A DNA stretch of 32,000 bases from Thermofilum pendens Hrk 5 (GTDB lineage Archaea; Thermoproteota; Thermoprotei; Thermofilales; Thermofilaceae). The first letter of the stretch is position 1. Every line of letters begins with the position of its first letter. The stretch is taken from contig NC_008698.1 in the NCBI RefSeq assembly GCF_000015225.1, forward strand, positions 1,320,001-1,352,000, written 5' to 3'. The position numbers and the translations under genes were made by a program. Shown here in pieces: positions 24,330 through 31,675 of the stretch. The notes under the pieces are model-generated. The model did no database searches, was not told the origin of the DNA, and saw only the letters and a program-made list of their open reading frames with translations.

Positions 24330-24402
24330 AACCTGCACTAGGAACCTGTTCTTCCGTCTCGGGTAGAGGTGTAGCCTTCCGGGGTACTCGGCCCCCCTGG
24401 TT

Positions 24403-24442
24403 TACCGCAATGTTTATTAAATGGTATACCTTGCGGTATACC
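24403..24442. promoter_or_regulatory. vapBC-2 promoter with nested palindromes (candidate operator)
   Basis: taccgcaa (24403-24410) and ttgcggta (24431-24438) are inverted repeats flanking the TTTATTAAA box. The palindrome GGTATACC occurs twice (24423-24430 and 24435-24442), just upstream of ATG 24447. Confidence 0.5.
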
Positions 24443-24446
24443 GCGT

Positions 24447-24680
24447 ATGAGCGCGACTGTTAGCTTCAAGGTGAGGAGGGAGGTCAAGGAGAAGATGCTG
24501 AGGTACAGGGACAGGGTCGACTGGCCCGAGGAGCTCAGGAGGTTCGTCGAGGAGAAGATAAGGGAGATAGAGGCCCGCGAGAACATAGAGAGAGTTGTCA
24601 GCGAGCTGGAGAGCATCCCGGCCGGCGTCCCGCGGGGCTTCGCGGCGGCCTCCGTGAGGGAGGATCGTGACAGTGGTTGA
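24447..24680 (+). CDS. vapB: VapB-type antitoxin (copy 2)
   Basis: 77-aa ORF that overlaps the downstream PIN gene by 14 nt. It has the same layout as copy 1 (TVSFKVRREVKEKM... ending SVREDRDSG, compared with IIREDREAR). Confidence 0.65.
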   Translation: MSATVSFKVRREVKEKMLRYRDRVDWPEELRRFVEEKIREIEARENIERVVSELESIPAGVPRGFAAASVREDRDSG

Positions 24681-25074
24681 CGCCTCGGCCCTAGCGGCCT
24701 TCGTCTTGAAGGAGCCCGGCTGGAAGAGCCTGGCGGAGTACCTCGTGGGCGCCGTGTCCGTAGACATGGTCGTGAAGGAAGTGGCGAACGCTGTCTGGAA
24801 GGCGTGCAGGGTTAGGGGCTACGTGGGCGTGGAGGAGGCGCGCAGGCTTCTACGCGTCCTTAAGTCGATGATCGGTGTCAACATAGAGCTTAGGCCGGAG
24901 GCCGACTACCTGGACGCGGCCTTCGAGATAGCGGTGGAGCACGGGGTTACCGTGTACGACGCCCTCTACTTGGCGCTGGCGGTCGAGGAGGGCGAGCCGT
25001 TGCTGACTCTCGACGAGAGGCAGCTGAGAGTGGCGGGGAAGCTGGGGGTCAGGGTCGTCGAGGTTCGGCTCTAG
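24667..25074 (+). CDS. vapC: PIN-domain toxin VapC (copy 2)
   Basis: MTVVDASALAAFVL, VKEVANAVWK, VYDALYLALA and LLTLDERQ are the PIN acidic motifs. Confidence 0.85.
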   Translation: MTVVDASALAAFVLKEPGWKSLAEYLVGAVSVDMVVKEVANAVWKACRVRGYVGVEEARRLLRVLKSMIGVNIELRPEADYLDAAFEIAVEHGVTVYDALYLALAVEEGEPLLTLDERQLRVAGKLGVRVVEVRL

Positions 25075-25077
25075 CGC

Positions 25078-25965
25078 CTACTCTCGCGGCTCGGCTTTCC
25101 CGGGGAGCGCGAGCCTGTAGCCGGAGTGTATCCTGTGGGCGCGCCCGCCGAAAGCCTTGAGTAGCGCGGCCTCGCCGCGTAGCCCCGTGCAGTGCCCGGC
25201 GTGTATCTCCTCTACGCCCAGCGAGGATAGCTCCGAGACTACCCTCTCGACTTCCTCCGCTGTGGCGCCCGCCAGGTGGAGCCCGCCGATAACGGTTACC
25301 GTGCGCGCACCGGTGACTAGCAACGCTTTGCGCACCAGGTTGGAGATCCCCGAGTGGCTACAGCCAGCCACGAGTAGAGCCTTATCCCCGACTCTCACCG
25401 CGAGCCCCGTGTCGTCTAGTAGCTTGTCCTCCACGACCTCCCCGCCGCTCAGCGTGTAGAACCCTTTAACCGCGTACGAGTTGTCGTAGATCCTCTCGAC
25501 CTCCCCGAGGAACCACGCCCCCGGCGCGAGCTCTAGGGGTGCCCTCGTCAGTACGAGCTCCGAGCCCCCGGCCACCTCCTCCCACGCCTTCGCCGGGAGG
25601 GCGACGGAGAACCTCTTGAAGCCCCCGGAGTCCGCGTAGCTAGGCTTCACGACGTCCGGGTGGGCTACCACGGGCTTGAAGCCTGCCTTCTCGAGCAGGG
25701 CAGGCAACCCGCCCGCGTGGTCGTAGTGCCTGTGCGACAAGACCACCGCGTCCACTTCTTCGAGGCTTAAGCGGAGAGAGGAGGCGTTCTCGAGGAGGAC
25801 CCTACCGCTCCGGCCAGTGTCGAATAGAACCCTGTACTTCGACCCGTCGTCGTAGCTTAGCGAGAGGTATACGCTGAACCCGTGCTCGGCGAGGAGCCTC
25901 GAGAAGCCCGCGTAGTCGTCCACGAGGACCGTTACCTCCACTCCTATGAGTGATGGTCTCGGCAT
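25078..25965 (-). CDS. MBL-fold metallo-hydrolase
   Basis: VEVTVLVDDYAG...AEHGFS...LFDTG...VVLSHRHYDHAGGLPAL contains the HxHxDH motif, and GHCTG occurs later. The start is set at ATG 25965 (MPRPSLIGVEV). The 31 upstream codons of the track ORF are basic and low-complexity. Confidence 0.8.
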   Translation of the reverse strand: MPRPSLIGVEVTVLVDDYAGFSRLLAEHGFSVYLSLSYDDGSKYRVLFDTGRSGRVLLENASSLRLSLEEVDAVVLSHRHYDHAGGLPALLEKAGFKPVVAHPDVVKPSYADSGGFKRFSVALPAKAWEEVAGGSELVLTRAPLELAPGAWFLGEVERIYDNSYAVKGFYTLSGGEVVEDKLLDDTGLAVRVGDKALLVAGCSHSGISNLVRKALLVTGARTVTVIGGLHLAGATAEEVERVVSELSSLGVEEIHAGHCTGLRGEAALLKAFGGRAHRIHSGYRLALPGKAEPRE

Positions 25966-26143
25966 TTCTACCGCGGTTAAAGGCGGGGCGCGCCTAGATA
26001 ACCTTGCCGCTTGTTTCACGGGGCTACGGCTGTCTATCCGTACTCCTTTCACCCTCACACCTATAAGGGCCTGGAGGATTTTTCGGTCTTGAAACCGAAA
26101 CTTTTATAAATGATGTGCCAAAGGGTTAGAAAACCGATAAGCC

Positions 26144-26545
26144 ATGGAGGCTGGGGCTAGCGGCTCCCAGCAACCCCAGCAGGGCCGTAAAAGACCCCTA
26201 GGAGTAACGATCCTTGCGTACCTCTACCTGTTCTCAGGGATATTCGTCCTCGGAATGGTCCAGGCCATGATGGCAGAAAACCTCCCCGCCGAAACCTTCC
26301 TTGCCTGGCTCCTCTATGGAGTAGCCCTGATGGCTACGGGTGTCGGATTCATGTACGGCATGAAGTGGGCTTGGTGGCTCGCCGTAGTAAACCAGTCGCT
26401 ATCAGCCCTCATAATGCTCGTCCTAACGGTCATAAATGACCCGATATGGCTCTTTGGGCTATTCATCTCCTTGGTAGTTCTGTACTACGTGCTTAGGCCC
26501 CACGTGAAGGAATTCTTCGGAGTCGAGGCGGGACCCTCTAAGTGA
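26144..26545 (+). CDS. Small integral membrane protein (about 4 TM), function unknown
   Basis: Four hydrophobic stretches are present. A TTTTATAAA box lies about 35 nt upstream. The gene is AT-richer than its neighbours. Confidence 0.55.
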   Translation: MEAGASGSQQPQQGRKRPLGVTILAYLYLFSGIFVLGMVQAMMAENLPAETFLAWLLYGVALMATGVGFMYGMKWAWWLAVVNQSLSALIMLVLTVINDPIWLFGLFISLVVLYYVLRPHVKEFFGVEAGPSK

Positions 26546-26652
26546 AGACCCCCTGAAGCGAGATTTCTTTACCGCGCGCCAACTCCGTTGTACTTTCACC
26601 CTAGACTGCGTGATAGCTTTTTATCCTCGGAGACCGTTAACGCCTGGTAGCG

Positions 26653-27837
26653 ATGGAGGGCGCGGCTCTGAGAGTTTCGGAGGAGATTCTCGCCTCCGTG
26701 GAGAGGAGGGTCGAGGAGCTCGCTGAGAAGATCGAGGGCTCGCCCTTTAAGAGCGCGGGCTTCGTCGACGGGAGCAACGTGGTCGACGAGCGCAGGGGGG
26801 CTTACGTCGCCGTGTTCTCGGTGGCTTCGATAGTGCTCGACTCCGGTAGGCTTAGGCCCGTCTCCCACGGCTCGAGGCACCCGCTCGTGGCGCGCATCGT
26901 GCCGAAGGGTTTCGGGGAGCAGAGGGCGAACCTCTACATGTCGATACTCGAGCTCCTCTCGGCGGCCAGGCTGGTGAGGTCCGGCGTCGAGGCGGTCTTC
27001 CTCGACGGTAGCTACGTCTCGGAGATGATGGTCGTCTTCGGCTACCCTAGGGACGTCTACGAGGAGGCGCAGGGGCTCGTCGACAGGGAGGCGGCCGAGA
27101 GCTACGCCGGGGAGGCGGCGGGGCTCGTGGAGGAGGCGCTCGGCTCGGAGGGCGTTAAAGGCGCGGCGAAGCTCTTCGAGGGAGTCTCGGGCCTAGCGTG
27201 GAGGCTTTACACGAGGCTCGGCGGGGGCGTGGGTGGCGTCGAGAAGAGGGTCCTCCTGGACTACTCGTACGTCTTCGCCGAGGTAGCCGTGTACCTCGAA
27301 GCCCTGCGAAGCCTCCTGACGGCGGGGCGGGAGTCCGGGGTCCCCCTCTTCTGGGTAGCCAAGGACGCCGACACAGACCAGCTGGCCGAGAAGGAGGGGG
27401 TCGGCGGCTGGCTCAACGACGTGACTCTCCTCGACTACGCGTGGCGGCGCCTGGAGGGTGTCTACACGGTGCTCGAAGGCAGGGAGTTCGGGAGGCCGAA
27501 GCCCTGCGCCGCTCCGGGAAAGCTCGTGGAGGAGCTCTTCGCCAAGTGGAGGCGGTACAGGGTCGCCTACTTCAAGCTCAGGCTCCACGGCCCGGTGCTC
27601 CAGATGACGTTCCCCGGCTACGTGGGGGAGGACGAGGCCAGGGAAGCCCTCGCGACGCTCAGCTCGCTGGCCGAGAGCCGCGGGTACCCGAAGCCCCTCA
27701 GCTACGTGCACAACATGGCCGTGCTGAACCCGGAGCTAGCCAGGCTCGTCGGAGACGAGCTTTATAAGCGGGCGGAGAGCCCTGTACTCAAGGCTATGCT
27801 CGCGCCCTCCGGGAGGGTGCAGGCAGGGCTGAGGTGA
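26653..27837 (+). CDS. nurA: NurA-family 5'-3' nuclease
   Basis: GFVDGSNVVDERRGAYVAVFSVA (first catalytic Asp), ILELLS, VFLDGSYVSE (second Asp) and the C-terminal PLSYVHNMAVL (His) follow the NurA motif order. It sits immediately upstream of herA. Confidence 0.7.
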   Translation: MEGAALRVSEEILASVERRVEELAEKIEGSPFKSAGFVDGSNVVDERRGAYVAVFSVASIVLDSGRLRPVSHGSRHPLVARIVPKGFGEQRANLYMSILELLSAARLVRSGVEAVFLDGSYVSEMMVVFGYPRDVYEEAQGLVDREAAESYAGEAAGLVEEALGSEGVKGAAKLFEGVSGLAWRLYTRLGGGVGGVEKRVLLDYSYVFAEVAVYLEALRSLLTAGRESGVPLFWVAKDADTDQLAEKEGVGGWLNDVTLLDYAWRRLEGVYTVLEGREFGRPKPCAAPGKLVEELFAKWRRYRVAYFKLRLHGPVLQMTFPGYVGEDEAREALATLSSLAESRGYPKPLSYVHNMAVLNPELARLVGDELYKRAESPVLKAMLAPSGRVQAGLR

Positions 27838-27844
27838 GCCTGGG

Positions 27845-29524
27845 GTGGAGGTTGGAAGGGTAGTTACGGTGTACGGGCAGAGCCTCCTGAGGTTCGCGGT
27901 CCACGAGGACAAGCTGGGCTACCTGGCGAGGCCGGGCGCGTACGTGAAGGTGGAGGCCTCCGGCGGCTGGTCCTACGCGATGGTCGTCAGCTTCAACCTT
28001 CTCGACGAGCTGTACAGGAAGAGCAGGATAGTGGAGGAGCTCGAGGGCTACCCGGAGATAAGGCCGTCCCGGAACGAGCTCGTAGCGATGCTCGTCGGCT
28101 ACTACGACGGCAAGGGCTTCGTGAGGGGTGTCCCGGAGCTACCGAGGCCCGGGCAGAAGGTCTACCTAGCGGACGGGGAGGAGCTGGCGAGGTTCGTCGG
28201 CTCCGGGGACATAGCGATAGGCAGGCTCTCGCAGAACCCCGAGGTCAGGTACACCCTCTCGCTCGACATGCTCTGCTCGCGCCACTTCGCCGTCCTAGCG
28301 ATGACGGGCGCCGGGAAGTCCAACGCAGTCGCGGTGATACTCGGCGAGATACTCGAGAAGTTCCCCTACTCCAGGGTCGTAGTTGTGGATACGCACAACG
28401 AGTACGTCCCGCTGGCCGAGAAGTTCGATAGGGTGAGGGTCCTGAGCCCCGCCGGCAGGATAGCGAGGCTCGTGGAGGCTAGGTACGGCGTGAAGCCGTC
28501 CCCGCTCGAGGTCCCGATATGGACCCTCGGGCTCGAGGAGATCGCGGGGCTACTCCGATTGGACCCCACGAGGGCGACGAAGCAGGTCATGTACCTGCGC
28601 GGCGCCCTCCAGGAGGTCCGGAGGGCTAGGTACAAGTACGCGGGGGCCGACGACCCCATATACTTCAGGGCGGAGGAGCTCCTCGGCTACCTGGAGGGGT
28701 TGCAGAAGTCGTCGAGGCAGAGGTACGACCGCTCCCTCGACGACCTCGTCTTGAAGCTCGAGATGCTCCTCGAGAACAGCGAGCTACGCTACGTGACTAG
28801 GCCGAGGAACAGCGACAGGCTCTACGAGGGGTTAGGCGGCGAGGAGCCCCGGAGGAGCGTCGAGGCGTACATGAGGGTCTACGGGGCCCTGCTGGAGCCT
28901 GGCGTCACGCTGATAGCGCTGGGAGGGCTCGCTAGCGACGCCCAGGTATCGACCGCCGCGACCATACTCAAGTCGCTCTGGAGGATAATAACGGCCAGCG
29001 TCCTCGCAGGCAAGCCCCAGCCAACGCTCCTGGTAGTCGAGGAGGCCCACAACTACGCCCCGCAGGGGAGGTGGAGCCCCGCACGCGAGATACTGGAGAA
29101 GATAGCGAAGGAGGGTAGGAAGTTCGGCATAGGGCTCGGGGTCGTGAGCCAGAGGCCCAGGGAGCTCTCGCAGACGCTCCTAGCCCAGTGCGGGACGCTG
29201 ATAGCGCTTAGAACGGCGAACCCGAGGGACCAGGAGTACATACTCGGGAGCATGGAGGACGTGATGCGCGAGATGGTTGAAGGGCTCTCGGGGCTCGTGA
29301 CCGGCGAGGCTCTCATCTCGGGCTCCGCCGCCCCCCTGCCCGGCATAGTCAGGATAGACAGCTTCCCCGAGAGGTACGGCGTCAACCTGGGAGGCAAGGA
29401 CATAGACTGGAGGGCGGCGTGGAGCACGCCCCAGCCGAAAGCAGACCTAGCGGAGTACGTGCTCGGAGAGCCGGAGGAGGAAGAGGAGGAGAGGAAGACC
29501 TCCACCATAGACAAGTTCCTCTAG
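27845..29524 (+). CDS. herA: HerA-family (FtsK/HerA superfamily) hexameric ATPase/helicase
   Basis: The N-terminus is HAS-barrel-like (GRVVTVYGQSLLRFAV...YVKVE). Walker A is AMTGAGKSNAV and Walker B is LLVVEEAHNYAP. GIGLGVVSQRPRELSQTLLAQCGTLIALRTANPRDQEYI is also present. The GTG start lies 7 nt after the nurA stop and is preceded by a GAGGTGA SD. Confidence 0.85.
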   Translation: MEVGRVVTVYGQSLLRFAVHEDKLGYLARPGAYVKVEASGGWSYAMVVSFNLLDELYRKSRIVEELEGYPEIRPSRNELVAMLVGYYDGKGFVRGVPELPRPGQKVYLADGEELARFVGSGDIAIGRLSQNPEVRYTLSLDMLCSRHFAVLAMTGAGKSNAVAVILGEILEKFPYSRVVVVDTHNEYVPLAEKFDRVRVLSPAGRIARLVEARYGVKPSPLEVPIWTLGLEEIAGLLRLDPTRATKQVMYLRGALQEVRRARYKYAGADDPIYFRAEELLGYLEGLQKSSRQRYDRSLDDLVLKLEMLLENSELRYVTRPRNSDRLYEGLGGEEPRRSVEAYMRVYGALLEPGVTLIALGGLASDAQVSTAATILKSLWRIITASVLAGKPQPTLLVVEEAHNYAPQGRWSPAREILEKIAKEGRKFGIGLGVVSQRPRELSQTLLAQCGTLIALRTANPRDQEYILGSMEDVMREMVEGLSGLVTGEALISGSAAPLPGIVRIDSFPERYGVNLGGKDIDWRAAWSTPQPKADLAEYVLGEPEEEEEERKTSTIDKFL

Positions 29525-30424
29525 GTGGCCGCCGTGGACCTGCGCAGGATCGGGGAGCTCGTCGGGAAGACTCCGGTGCTAGAGCTGGACGTGCCGCCCG
29601 GCAAGGTCTACGTGAAGCTCGAGTACACGAACCCTACGGGTAGCCACAAGGACCGCATAGCCGTCTACATGCTGAGGAGCGCCGTGGAGGAGGGGGTTCT
29701 GAGGCCCGGGGGAAGCTTCGTCGAGGCTTCGAGCGGCAACACGGCTGTAAGCCTCGCGTGGGCCGGGGTACTGGCGGGCTTCAAGCCCATCATATTCGCG
29801 GAGGACACAATCTCCAAGGGGAAGCTCGGGCTACTGCTAGGCATGGGGGCGGAGGTCCACCTGGTTCCGAGGAAGCCCTGGGGCGACCCGGACCACTACG
29901 TGAATGCTGCGAAGAGGTTCGCGGAGGAGAACGGCCTGCCCTTCCTCAACCAGTACGGGAACGAGGCGAACTGGCGGGCCCACTACGAGACGACGGGGCC
30001 GGAGCTGTTGAGCCAGACAGGCGGCGTAGACGCGTTCGTAATGGGGATAGGCACCGGGGGAACGGTGATAGGCATCGGGAAGTACCTGAAGGAGAGGGTC
30101 CCCGAAGCCCGGGTGGTCGGCGTCGTGCCCAAGGGCTCCCCCATCGCCGGCGGCAGGCTCGGAGACAACATAGAGGGGTTAGCGTCGACGTTCGTCCCGG
30201 AGCTCTACGAGAGGCATGGGCGCGTGGTGGACTCCGTGGAGGAAGTCTCCCTCGCGGACGCCCTCTCCTCGCTGAAGGACCTCCTGCGCGCGGGAGTCCT
30301 CGCGGGGCCCTCCACGGGCGCGAGCTTCCACGTGGCGAGGAGGCTCGCCTCCAGGGGCCTCAGGGTCGCGATAATCGCGGCGGACTCGGTGCTGAGGTAC
30401 CCCGACCTTCTATCCACGCAATAA
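29525..30424 (+). CDS. PLP-dependent cysteine synthase / CBS-family (tryptophan-synthase-beta fold) enzyme
   Basis: YTNPTGSHKDRIA contains the PLP lysine. ASSGNTAVSLA, GIGTGGTVIGIGKYLKE and AGPSTGASF are also present. The GTG start is the nucleotide immediately after the herA TAG. Confidence 0.85.
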   Translation: MAAVDLRRIGELVGKTPVLELDVPPGKVYVKLEYTNPTGSHKDRIAVYMLRSAVEEGVLRPGGSFVEASSGNTAVSLAWAGVLAGFKPIIFAEDTISKGKLGLLLGMGAEVHLVPRKPWGDPDHYVNAAKRFAEENGLPFLNQYGNEANWRAHYETTGPELLSQTGGVDAFVMGIGTGGTVIGIGKYLKERVPEARVVGVVPKGSPIAGGRLGDNIEGLASTFVPELYERHGRVVDSVEEVSLADALSSLKDLLRAGVLAGPSTGASFHVARRLASRGLRVAIIAADSVLRYPDLLSTQ

Positions 30425-30463
30425 AGTTTATCTTTACTGGAACCTTTTGATATATCGAGGCAT

Positions 30464-30628
30464 ATGAAGTGCTCCATATGCGGTAGGGAAGTCGACTCGC
30501 TACTATACGCGGACCACAAGGAGCTGGGAGGAGTCTGGGTCTGCAGGGAGTGCTGGGAGAAGCTGTACGAAAAGAACCTCATCCGGAGCGGCACCGGCGA
30601 ATCCTCGGGGTGCGCCTGCGGAGGTTAG
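30464..30628 (+). CDS. 54-aa zinc-ribbon protein with Cys-rich Gly-Gly C-terminus (not in the ORF track)
   Basis: My own translation is MKCSICGREVDSLLYADHKELGGVWVCRECWEKLYEKNLIRSGTGESSGCACGG*. It has two CxxC pairs 20 residues apart. Codon usage matches neighbouring genes. An AT box (aaagtttatcttta) lies about 30 nt upstream. Confidence 0.45.
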   Translation: MKCSICGREVDSLLYADHKELGGVWVCRECWEKLYEKNLIRSGTGESSGCACGG

Positions 30629-30648
30629 CCCCCGAGTCGGCGAGCGCG

Positions 30649-31101
30649 CTAAGCCTCCCCGCCCGCGCCCCGCGAAAGCCTCGCAGCTTCTTCGTAAAGC
30701 TGCCTGACGAGCTCCAAGGTTATCTTTGCGTCTCTGAGGGCTTTCTCGGCGTCCATCCTCGTATACAGCTCCTCCGGGGGTAAGCCGCTCTCCTCGTCCC
30801 CGTACATGGCCGCTTCCCTCTCCTTCCTAAGGCTCCTCGAGATCGACGCGAGCTCGTCTACCCTCTCCTGGAACCACGCCGGGAACCTTGCCCTCTCCCT
30901 TCTAAGCACGGGGCCGACGTCGTGCCATTTAGGCGGCTCGATGCCCACGATTCTAAGCGCCGCCTTGAGTAGTAGCTCTACGGTCTCCTGGCACTGCCTA
31001 ACAACGTAGGGGTAGTTGCCGCCTTCCAGAGCCTCGGTCGCTTGCCTCACGATTTCCAGGGCCTGGTTTATGTGGGACCTAGCGAGCTCCAGGTTATTCA
31101 A
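30649..31101 (-). CDS. HEPN-domain protein (partner of the upstream nucleotidyltransferase)
   Basis: It has a four-helix HEPN-like layout (ARSHINQALEIVRQATEAL...VVRQCQETVELLLKAAL...REAAMYGD). It overlaps the MNT gene by 8 nt. I see no clear Rx4-6H motif. Confidence 0.75.
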   Translation of the reverse strand: MNNLELARSHINQALEIVRQATEALEGGNYPYVVRQCQETVELLLKAALRIVGIEPPKWHDVGPVLRRERARFPAWFQERVDELASISRSLRKEREAAMYGDEESGLPPEELYTRMDAEKALRDAKITLELVRQLYEEAARLSRGAGGEA

Positions 31102-31609
31102 GCTCTACCACCTCGCCGAACCTGTACTCGCCCTTCAACACCCAGTACCACGCCCTACCGCTCACCCACACCCTCCTAGCTCCGAGCCTCCTCAGCCTCT
31201 CCGACAGCGCCCTCAGCACGCCCTCGAAGAAGCCGCCCTTGTCGTATACTATCACCGCGTCCTCGACCATGTCCAGGTATAGCGGCGAGAACCTCCCAGC
31301 CTCCTCCCTAGTCTTGATGACCGGGGACAAGGACACGTAGTACCCCTTCTCCATCAGCTCGTCGAGCAACGGCTGTACCTCGTCCTCAGCCCTCTCGAAC
31401 AGCCTAACCCTCTCCACCCTCGACTTCGGCAAATCCTCGAAGACTACGAGCAAGTCCAGGTCGCTGTCCCTCCTCGGGCTCCCCCTAGCCACGCTACCGT
31501 AGACGACCAGGGAAACCAGGGAGCCCCCGTAGAGCCTTAGCAGGGACTCTAGTAGCCCGACAACCAACGCCCTGTAAGGCTCCGGGATATGCTCAACGCC
31601 AAACTTCAT
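31094..31609 (-). CDS. Minimal nucleotidyltransferase (MNT, NTP_transf_2/PF01909-type)
   Basis: VVYGSVARGSPRRDSDLDLLVVF is the GSxxRG...DxD polymerase-beta-type motif. It lies upstream of and overlaps the HEPN gene. Confidence 0.85.
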   Translation of the reverse strand: MKFGVEHIPEPYRALVVGLLESLLRLYGGSLVSLVVYGSVARGSPRRDSDLDLLVVFEDLPKSRVERVRLFERAEDEVQPLLDELMEKGYYVSLSPVIKTREEAGRFSPLYLDMVEDAVIVYDKGGFFEGVLRALSERLRRLGARRVWVSGRAWYWVLKGEYRFGEVVELE

Positions 31610-31622
31610 TTCGCGATTCTAG

Positions 31623-31644
31623 TCCCTGTCTCAGGGATTTATTT
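31623..31644 (-). promoter_or_regulatory. Hairpin plus TATA box upstream of the MNT-HEPN operon
   Basis: tccctg-tct-caggga (31623-31637) is a 6-bp stem. It abuts atttattt (31637-31644), which reads AAATAAAT on the minus strand and lies 28-35 nt before ATG 31609. Confidence 0.4.
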
Positions 31645-31675
31645 CTACCGCGTCAAGCTTCCTCTCGGTACCAGA

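Noticed and set aside
26081-26100. Hairpin tttcggt-cttgaa-accgaaa in the divergent MBL / membrane-protein intergenic region
   Set aside because: It is a real 7-bp stem, but it is short, isolated and adjacent to a TATA box. That is not enough to call a regulatory element or RNA.
30464-30628. Reading the Gly-Gly C-terminus as a ubiquitin-like SAMP/ThiS/MoaD sulfur carrier
   Set aside because: 54 aa with two CxxC pairs indicates a zinc ribbon, not a beta-grasp fold. I kept it only as a low-confidence speculation in the findings.
30205-30783. Track ORFs 30205..30594 (-) and 30550..30783 (+)
   Set aside because: The first is antisense to the end of the PLP enzyme gene and to the Zn-ribbon ORF. 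The second is antisense to the HEPN gene end. Neither has motifs, and both conflict with better-supported genes.
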